Shown here: in pieces, positions 55,773 to 64,000 of the stretch
Position numbering within the stretch: position 1 is the stretch's first letter
How the letters are laid out: each line of letters begins with the position of its first letter
DNA from: Lingula anatina
Lineage: Eukaryota; Animalia; Brachiopoda
Assembly (NCBI GenBank): GCA_051362555.1
Contig: CM120645.1
Location: 3,534,001-3,598,000, forward strand
Length of the DNA stretch: 64,000 bases
Direction: 5' to 3'
Notes under the pieces: model-generated
Database searches by the model: none
What the model was told of the DNA's origin: nothing
Seen by the model: only the letters and a program-made list of their open reading frames with translations
Position numbers and translations under genes: made by a program

Positions 55773-56007
55773 ATTTTATCTCTTTCTTTCCTTAAAAATG
55801 GCTTTATGCAAGTTCATGTTAGATGTTACCCTAAGATTTTAAAAGAAGTCACCATCTATACTATGTGACAAATGACTGTTTGTTGATGTTCTTTAAATAC
55901 GTTTTCTTTCAGTTAATTTACGCATAATCATCAATTTTTACACCACAACAGTCAAACTGCATGTAGATATCAATACAACCAGCATGGTTTGTAAATACCC
56001 ACTGTGA

Positions 56008-56605
56008 TTACTGATACTGCATCCACCTAAAATCATCAGCAATGTCGCCATCGATGGAATCCCTATGCCATCGCTCGATATTGTCAAACAATCCTTCAAG
56101 ATTCTTCCAATCCTGCCTATTAAAACTTCGCACAGTGCAATAAGGTTCCATACGACTAAGGGCACGCAGTCCTTCGGGGCTCTCATCGACGCAACCGCAA
56201 TGCACCGTGCACGATGGTCTTCTGTTATAGCATATGCCCCTAAAGACGATCTCTAGAAAAAAATCCGGCACAGTTTCCTTCTCCTGTATCAAAGCGATTA
56301 AAGCATTGCTGCAAGCATGGCACGGGGCCCAGTTCAAGTACATGACGATTTTCCCGGTTTTTTGGCGCTTTTGTAGGTAACTTATCGCATGGTTTTCGGC
56401 ATGCATTTCATCAAACCCAGAGGAGGTATGCATACTTTGAAGGTCGTCTTTGCGAAAATGCAGAATAAGATGAGTTCTAGGTTTTGAATTCGGATAAAAA
56501 TGAGGTCCACTGCTTCTAAAGTCATCAAGGATACCTTCAATGTCCCCCGTCATGTATTTCAAGGGTACAAGAGCCCCGTATTGTGTAGGAGGTCTTGCTA
56601 TGTAA
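56008..56605 (-). CDS. AID/APOBEC-like deaminase, C-terminal domain exon of the predicted double-domain gene
   Basis: Acceptor TTCTTTCTTTCATCAG| at 56606. The first base completes GG+T (Gly), then the frame is open as YIARPPTQYGALVPLKYMTGD...SGPH...MHAENHA...MYLNWAPCHAC...LEIVFRGIC...SFNRQDW...IADDFRWMQYQ*. Confidence 0.85.
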
Positions 56606-56803
56606 CTGATGAAAGAAAGAATCTGCGTAGACAGATAAAATATATCTGCACTTTACGTAACTGCAAACTATTTTTTAAAAGCATACTATTAATTGGCTAT
56701 CATCACATGACGACAAGCAATAAGTTCTCTTCCAGTTTACATGTGCCAGGACATATGTAGATATGGATACATAAAACATGGTTTCAACTTTGTAAATACT
56801 TAC

Positions 56804-57498
56804 CCTTTATATTGATTCCTCAAAATCGCTACTAAATCAGTAGCAACTTCTACGTCCATTTCATCATTTGTCGGTTGATCGTGAATACTCAACTCTTCAA
56901 AAGCTTTGTTGGGGTCCTTTTTATCGAGCAATCGTTCAAGATCTTGCCAATCCTTCCTATTAAAACTACGCAAAGTGCAAAAAGGTTCCAATAGGCTGAG
57001 GTTGTACAGTCCCTCGGGATTGCCTGGAGCCGTTTGACATTTGCATTTTTGTGTACAAGATTCTTTTCTAATTTTGTATACGCCCCTAAAGACGATCTCC
57101 AGAAAAAAATCCGGGTCACTTCTTTTTGTCTCTACCAATTTTTTTAACTTGCCGCTGCAAGCACTGCATGGGGACCAATTCAGGTACATGACGACTTTTT
57201 TCACATGTAGGTTTTCTAGGTAAGGTATCGCATTCATTTCGGCGTGGACACCGGTTGTATTGTAGGTATACGGGTCAACGGGTCTACTCCAGGTATACAT
57301 ATCTGGAAGTTCGGCGTTTTCGGGAAAATGCACAATAAGATGAGTTTTACCCGTTGGCCACGGCCTGCCATGTGGCCCACTGTTTGTAAAATCATCCAAG
57401 ATATTTGGGAAGTCTCCCGACACTTCTATTAAAGGTACGACTTTAGACATGACTGGTGTACGTGGCGCTGTCGATAGGTAACTGGTAGAGTAAGCCAT
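56804..57498 (-). CDS. AID/APOBEC-like deaminase, N-terminal domain exon of a predicted double-domain gene
   Basis: ATG at 57498 follows acceptor-like TTCAG|GTGAGAA with an in-frame TGA just upstream. Motifs SGPH, VHAEMNA, MYLNWSPCSAC, LEIVFRGVY, SFNRKDW. Ends AAA GG|GTAAGT (phase-2 donor at 56803). Confidence 0.88.
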
Positions 57499-58399
57499 TT
57501 CTCACCTGAAGTTAAGGGGGGAATAGTTCTACTCAGACAGGTGAATCGTTATCTGTGGTTTAAATGTATATGAAAGAGAATTTGACTAAACTATTTCATG
57601 GTCACCATTACAATACGGCAAAACAGAAAGAGATAAATAAAGAATAAAAAAGATAGGAAGAAAGAAAAAATTAAATGAAAAAACTTTTATTTAGAGGTGA
57701 GCACATACACTGTATAAGTGGGTCGTACTTCTATAAAAAGCAATCAAAAGATAAACATCCCCTATGTATAGTTGCAAAACAGAAAATAGATTTTTAGAAA
57801 ATAGACTTGTCATGTGAACGGGCCTTTATCCCCACTTATAATTTCAGATTGGCTTATCGTAAGGTTTAATTATTGTTCATAATGGATCGGTAGTTTATAA
57901 GTAGAATTGTTTTGAATATCAGGTGATTGGTGCCACCACTCCATGCATAAGTGTACTTATTGGCATATCATGTGTTCTGATAACCTTAAAGTCCAACGCT
58001 ATCAACAAATCAATAAAACTCTATCCGTCCTGAAATACAATCGTCTTGTATACATAAATCATCGGTGAAAATGAACTAGTACGTGTCTGCCCCATTTAAG
58101 TTAATATAGATAAACATGATGCCAGTAAGGACGAAGCATTGAATATCGACATTTTTGTCTTGCAGCTGCGAAACATTTAAAGTGAAGAAGCAGACTGGAC
58201 ACTGGGACGGTTTGATGAAAAAAACAGTATGATTAGATTTTTCCCCTTTTGGACTGTGTGAACGACGTGTCCTGACCTTCATATTTGGGGTCAAGGACTT
58301 CCAATTTTTATAAAAACTAAAACAGTGCCGGAGGCTGAAAAAATTTATGTCCTATAAAGTACAATCTAGACAGTAACTTGTTCCACTTATAACGCACCA

Positions 58400-58522
58400 T
58401 AGTTAATTACCCCCTTACAGCTTTTAGTAGGCGGGACAGACGCTTAAGCCGGCTAAGATGACAGTAATCTAGTGAGACTCCCCACAGGGATAGATCGATC
58501 TTAAATCTGTGGGAATGGGGTC
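58400..58522. mobile_element. MITE family 1, truncated copy abutting the LINE fragment
   Basis: Closely similar to 13944-14066 (TAGTTAATTACCCCCTTACAGCTTTTAG...GATAGATCGATC...TCTGTGGGAA..GGGGTC), followed by TAA. Confidence 0.75.
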
Positions 58523-59085
58523 TAAGACTGAGTTGATGTGGTTTACATCAAGGTTCAAGGCAAATAGGAAAAATGCAACAAACGCCAACATTTGGATAGG
58601 AGATCTTACAAAACCATCTAGTTCTGTAAAAGGTCTGGGATTTACCCTCGATGAAAATAGCACTATGGAGAAGCGTGTTTCTGGAGTGTGTAAATCAGCA
58701 TCTTATGCACTATGGCGCATTGGAAAAATAAGGAAAGTGTTAAATAACCAAACCACTGAAAAATTAGAACATGCATTTATATCATCAAGATTAGATTACT
58801 GCAATAGTCTCCTCTTTGGTATATCAGGTTAAAAATTACAAGTTATTCAAAACTCAGCTGCAAGACTGGTTTGTCAAAGTTACACACCAATATCACTCCC
58901 ATTCTGAAAGGATTGCACTAGCTGCCAGTGAAGCAGAGGATTGATAATAAAGTACTTTGTATTATTTTTAAGGCGATCCATACACAGAGACAAAATTTAT
59001 TTATCTGATCTTATCTGTTTGAACTCACCACGGCGGTCCACACGTTTTCATACTGAGAACGACCTTATTTTAGAACATTCTGTGT
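58523..59085 (+). mobile_element. Decayed 3' fragment of an L2/CR1-clade LINE ORF2 (region C-terminal to the RT core)
   Basis: KTELMWF...VKGLGFTLDEN..M...CKSASYAL.RIGKIRK.L...HAFISSRLDYCNSLLFG, then after stop/frameshifts KLQVIQNSAARLV and LKGLH*LPVKQRIDNK. These match the SRLDYCNSLL / QNxAARL / LHWLPV motifs of L2/CR1 elements. The right boundary is approximate. Confidence 0.88.
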
Positions 59086-59126
59086 TAGAGGGGATCTGAG
59101 AGAAAGAGAGAAAAAGAGGGAGAAAG

Positions 59127-59222
59127 ACTTACATGAAAATTGTGAGAGCCGTCTTTTTTAATATGGAGTCACTTCTTGGTTAGCTTTTGCAACGAGTCAC
59201 TTCCTGGTTAACTTTCGCTTTC
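59127..59222 (-). promoter_or_regulatory. Putative promoter/first exon of the double-domain deaminase with IRF-E/ISRE and duplicated ETS/AP-1-like motifs
   Basis: On the minus strand: GAAAGCGAAAGT (59222-59211), AACCAGGAAGTGACTC (59209-59194), AACCAAGAAGTGACTC (59181-59166), AT-rich TATTAAAAAA, and donor CAT|GTAAGT at 59132. Confidence 0.45.
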
Positions 59223-59339
59223 GTAAGTTTTAGCTGGTACGATCGAGTTGCTTTCATCCGTCCCACTGCGGCAGGTGTTTTCCTTTCCACATGACTGCAT
59301 ACCCCACCTCTCCCCTCTGCAATATGTATAGCTGTCTGG

Positions 59340-59690
59340 GTGGGAGATCTTACAGTGAAAAAATAACACACGGAGCACTATCAAGTTTATTTCGCCGAAT
59401 GCGGAGCCACTTATTAAACATTTCCAGATAACTGAGCCCCTTAGGCTAAATAAAAATGTACCAAAACCGGAAGCAGCCACGTCATTTGGGATTGTGTGAC
59501 ATCTTTTGCAACCAAAACAATAAGTTTGGAAAATGTAACTGGGTTATTTACATTGCGTTAAGATTTCAATAACTAAGACTGCGCTCTCTCCCAGCTTCGC
59601 TATTTTAACCTCGCAATAATTTAGTCGCAATAATTTACTAAACTTAGAAGCCCCTCAACCGACTCTTGAACATTTTTTCTGATAATCCTT
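59340..59690. repeat. Duplicated upstream block (copy 1)
   Basis: AGATCTTACAGTGAA...CACACGGAGCACTATCAA...AGCCACGTCATTTGGGA...CCCCTCAACCGA aligns with 63610-63955. Confidence 0.85.
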
Positions 59691-60099
59691 CTTACTAAAA
59701 ATCGTAATTGAGTGTAATTTTACGATGTGACCACCTTTATCTATTTGTTGCTGTGCACTTCCCTGTAATTGTTACTTGTACGTACAATAAAAGAAACGGT
59801 CCTATGGGACGTCCTATTCTCTTGATAAAATAACCTTCCTAAGGTTCATTAAAATAGATCTCCAGCTTTCTTAGGGTCCATTGCCAAAGACAATATCGGT
59901 CTACGTAGCTCGACCCAACCCTGCGAGGCCTTTCCCTGAATGCAATCAGTTTAACAGGTGAACGCGGGGTTAACAGGCGTTGAGTAGAATACAAAAAAGC
60001 TAGAGATTATCTGATTTACTGAATACACTCCCCAAGAGTCGGATCGATATACATAGATCGATAGTGTCGACGTGAATGAGCCCTTATAGTGCCTTCTGC

Positions 60100-60830
60100 C
60101 AATGACAATGACTTCTGACAATGTCTTTACTTTTACCCTTATACTTTCATTCTCACCGTCTGACAGGGTGGAATGGCGGTTGATATATTACTTCAATATC
60201 AATCGGAAGGAGAAAATGATACTTTGCGTTTTATACTCTAATCCTGCCAATAAAGAATAAATGATACACAAAGTTATTCCGTTAAATACATTTATTATTT
60301 TAATAATAATCAAAATCGGCATACACAGTTACAATGAAATGTGAATCCTTATTTAAAATATATTTAGAAATATCATTGAAAAGTATTTTAACGCAATGAC
60401 AATGACTTCTGACAATGTCTTTACTTTTACCCTTATACTTTCATTCTCACCGTCTGACAGGGTGGAATGGCGGTTGATATATTAATTCAATATCAATCGG
60501 AAGGAGAAAATGATACTTTGCGTTTTATACCCTAATCCTGCCAATAAAGAATAAATGATACACAAAGTTATTTCGTTATATACACTTATTATTCTCATTA
60601 TAAGCAAAATCAGCATACACAATGAAATGTGAATCCTTATTTAAAATATGTAGAAAATATCACTGATACGTGTTTTTTACGTTAAACAAGATTATGCAGA
60701 CGATGACGATTAGATAATGCACAGCGATTGCCTTTTTTACACCCAGTGCATTCAACATAATAATAACAACAACAACAACAACAATAATAATAATAAAGAT
60801 AATAAAATTATCACATTCCTATCAAAATAA
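60100..60830. repeat. Duplicated deaminase 3'-end block (copy 2), containing a 294-bp tandem duplication
   Basis: CAATGACAATGACTTCTGACAATG starts at both 60100 and 60394. The units are nearly identical and homologous to 55013-55275. Confidence 0.9.
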
Positions 60831-61003
60831 TGATTTATATATGATTTATATAATTTATATATGTCGAATATAATCACAGCAGTTCAATAAGAAACGTATA
60901 AGATATGTTTACAAAAAATTTAACATATCATGCCAATAAAAATCCTTTAAAATTACTAGATAAATACATGGTGTTATTAATTATGATATAATTAAATATG
61001 GTA

Positions 61004-61005
<2 letters not shown>

Positions 61006-61071
<66 letters not shown>
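61006..61071. repeat. (AT)n microsatellite
   Basis: Directly visible. Confidence 0.97.
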
Positions 61072-61073
<2 letters not shown>

Positions 61074-61289
61074 TATTCCCTCCACCACGAAAATGTTAAC
61101 ATCCTTATCCTAAGTCCAATACCGCACAAGTAAAAATAATGAATAAATCATTTCATTAACATTTAGATACATGCACTAATTAAAATTGTTAACATGATAA
61201 CATTAAGTTGTTAACATACTTCGTAGTCTTTTTGAAAAGAAAATATGTCTGCAGAACGTTATCATGACGTTGCTTTCTGGCCACAGATA

Positions 61290-62096
61290 CTAATACTGAT
61301 GGTGACACATATTCCATTTAAAATCATCAGCAATTATTTTGTCCATCCTATAATTTAAAATCATTAAACATTTCTGCGGACATCAATCAATAAGAGCATT
61401 GTATAAAATTGCCAACCGTTGATCTTGTTCCTATGAAATCCACTAACAATCTTTAAGCAATTTGAAGATGTTGTCTCAGGAATTCCCAATCCTCCTCACC
61501 AAACTGACGCACAGTGCAAGGTTCCAATTGACGGAGATCATCCAGACCCTCACCACCGTAGTACAGGCCACGATACACGATCTCCAGCGAAAACTCCGGG
61601 CCACTTAACTTTGCCAACATGGGGCTACAATCACGGCATGGGGACCAATTCAGGTACATGACGACTTTTGTGACACCTCGGTTCTTTACATCTTGTAGGT
61701 AAGCTCTCGCTCTAACTTCGGCGTGCTTTCCTTGAGGAGTATTGCGGACGTACATAAGATCACCGTTTTGGGGAATATGCAGAATAAGATGAACACGGCT
61801 TGGGGGGTTATGCCCGTTGCTTAGATAACTGTCTTCATAGTCTTCATAGATATTTTGGAACTCATGCGCCACTTCTGACAAAGGTACGACTCCAGCAGGA
61901 ATATCAATAATGCAGTCAAAATATTAAGGATACACATCGCATGCATTAGGGAATTATGAGACATTGCTTTCAAGTTGTGTCGGCCGTATTTGATATACGG
62001 ACTAGTTGGTCCGAGGATCATCAGTTGTGAAGGCAACCTCATTACAGGTCGGAAGAAGGGGGCGGTTCTTGCATGGACATATTTACCAAGTGGCAT
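61290..62096 (-). pseudogene. Fourth AID/APOBEC-like copy (gene D): open catalytic core with disrupted termini; probable pseudogene or truncated paralogue
   Basis: Core 61453-61881 retains KHAEVRA, MYLNWSPCRDC and LEIVYRGLY. The ATG at 62096 (after acceptor TTGCAG|GAA) is out of frame with the core, whose frame is closed upstream by TAA. A homologue of the terminal helix (MDKIIADDFKW, 61346-61290) lies beyond the stop in another frame. Confidence 0.6.
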
Positions 62097-62419
62097 TTCC
62101 TGCAATTTTACAACATTATTAGTTGATTATGTAAAATGATGGTAAACTTGTTATCGTGTATTGTGTAATAAAGTTTCAAAAATGGAAATAAACTCATATC
62201 ATTGCAGTTTGTCAGATTCAATCATTCACTATGTTCAGAATCTCAGAATGGAAGAGATTGGACATTTAACACTGCTCTGTTGATATTTTTCCCATCTCAT
62301 CAATTTTCTTAGTTGATCATATAAAAACGGCAGAAAACTGTTAATTTTGTTTTATGTTAAAAATTGTTAAAAATGGAAAAAAAACATTTCAGAACAGTGC
62401 TGCCTCGTTTACATTTTGG

Positions 62420-63090
62420 CATTTTCAAGTTGTGACTTTGAAGTTCCATGGGCCTGAAGACCTTTGCTAGTCACATTTTCTGAATATCCATTATACTAAT
62501 ATTTTATTATTAAAGTTGATGGTCATTATGCTGTTAAACATTATGTAATATTGCATCAAAATTTGAAAAAAAAACTATTTTGGGCACTGCTCCCATGATG
62601 ACCATTTAAGAAAAACCATGTCATTTACTGTTCTCAAACTTACAGGGAAGAAACATGGGACTAAAACACAGCTTCAGTAGGAAATACAGTCTGTTTGGTA
62701 ATTCTTACTGCCAGTTAAACAGTTATTTTGTGAAAATTTAATTTTTCACATATTGTCATTTTCAAGGTGTGACTTTGAAGTTCCACGGGCTTGAAGACCC
62801 ATGCTAGTCACATTTTCTGAAAATCCATGATACGTATATTTTATTATTAAAAATTGACGGTCATTATGCTGTAAACCATTATGTTATATTGCATCAGAAT
62901 AGAAGAAAACACAATTTTGGGTGCAGCTGCCATGATGACCATTATGGGAAAACCATGTTACTTATGATTGCCAAACTTTCAAAAAAGAAATACAGGACTA
63001 AAATGCAGTCTGAGTTGGAAAAGCAGTCTAAGTGACTTCTTTTTCTGGAAGTTATACATTTTCAAAGTGTAAACTTGTCACATATTTTAA
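62420..63090. repeat. Diverged ~337-bp tandem repeat (two units and a trace of a third)
   Basis: CATTTTCAAG.TGTGACTTTGAAGTTCCA.GGGC.TGAAGACC..TGCTAGTCACATTTTCTGAA at 62420 and 62757; weaker CATTTTCAAAGTGT near 63057. Confidence 0.8.
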
Positions 63091-63609
63091 TTACATAGGT
63101 ATTACCTGTTGAGGATAATTAAAATTTGATGTTGAATTTGCAGTTTAACATAATGTATTTTTGCATCAGAATTGACAGTAGCCTATTTTGTGCATAGTTA
63201 TTTCCTGTCTTTTGTCTGTACATTTGACAGCTTTGCTGCCTTGTTTTTCAATTTCAAGGTAATATTACATGATTCTAACCGCATAATCACCACTAAGTTA
63301 ACATTATGAACTACAGGTAACACCCGTATTTAAAATTGTAACTAGCCTCACGGTTCAGGTCCGTGGAATATCAAAGTCACACAATGAAAAGGAAAATATG
63401 TTTGAAATCCCAGAACTCCAAGATAAAAATTCATATGGGCTGGTTTTGACACAAGGACTGTTATTACTCGTAAGGAACATCTTTGTAATATTGAGAATTA
63501 TAAGTAAAACGTTTTTCCTTTGACGCTGTTTACAGAAAAAGAAGTGCACTGCGACAACTACACATAAAAACGCCAACGATTTTGGCTTTTACGCAGAGCG
63601 GTCGGTTGG

Positions 63610-63955
63610 CAGATCTTATAGTGAATGATATATAGCACACGGAGCGCTATCAACTTTATTTCGCTGAATGCCACACCCCTTGTTAAACATTTACATATAT
63701 ATCTGAGTCTCTTAAGCTAAATAAAATACTATATACCAAAACCGAAAGTAGCCACGTCATTTGGGAAAGTGTGAAATCTTACATAACCAAAACATGAAGA
63801 TTGGGGAGTTTAACTGGGTTATTTCTATTGCGTTAATTTTTCAATAAATAATTCCTCTTTCTCTCTACTTCACTTTTTTAACCTGTACGCTCTTATTTGT
63901 TCAAAAACTGAATTTGGAAACCCCTCAACCGATCTTCGAACATTATTTTGATAAC
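63610..63955. repeat. Duplicated upstream block (copy 2)
   Basis: AGATCTTATAGTGAA...CACACGGAGCGCTATCAA...AGCCACGTCATTTGGGA...CCCCTCAACCGA aligns with 59340-59690. Confidence 0.85.
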
Positions 63956-64000
63956 ATGCCTTAACAAAGAGAGAAAATGTTCACATGATTTCCATAAATG

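Noticed and set aside
53002-61881. Assignment to secreted SNAD deaminases or to a named vertebrate APOBEC gene
   Set aside because: No hydrophobic signal peptide is visible and orthology cannot be judged by eye, so gene symbols were left empty.
61891-62086. Intron that would rescue copy D (G|GTAAAT ... CTGGAG|TC giving MPLVVPLSEV)
   Set aside because: The frame would fit, but the acceptor is a rare GAG with a poor pyrimidine tract and the donor is weak. Not supportable without cDNA.

Overview
AT-rich, microsatellite-rich eukaryotic DNA with GT-AG introns, from an invertebrate animal (lophotrochozoan-like by inference; the species cannot be determined). Most of 1-52 kb is non-coding except for one three-exon minus-strand gene (23141-29978) encoding a 369-aa DUSP6/7/9-type (MKP3-like) ERK phosphatase. 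From 53 to 62 kb lies a minus-strand tandem cluster of four AID/APOBEC-like deaminase domains (HAE...LNW[S/A]PCxxC...RGxY/C). The two middle ORFs are joined by a phase-matched 198-bp GT-AG intron into a predicted 430-aa double-domain deaminase. The first ORF's stop codon lies inside the splice donor, so intron retention would give a single-domain form. Three domains share an SGPH motif and a Cx3-4CxC loop-7 insert (possible second metal site). The fourth copy has lost both and looks like a decaying duplicate within a ~4-5 kb tandem duplication. An IRF-E/ISRE and duplicated ETS/AP-1-like motifs lie upstream of the double-domain gene. Several MITE families and an L2/CR1-type LINE fragment are also present. 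All calls come from reading the sequence by eye; no searches were run.
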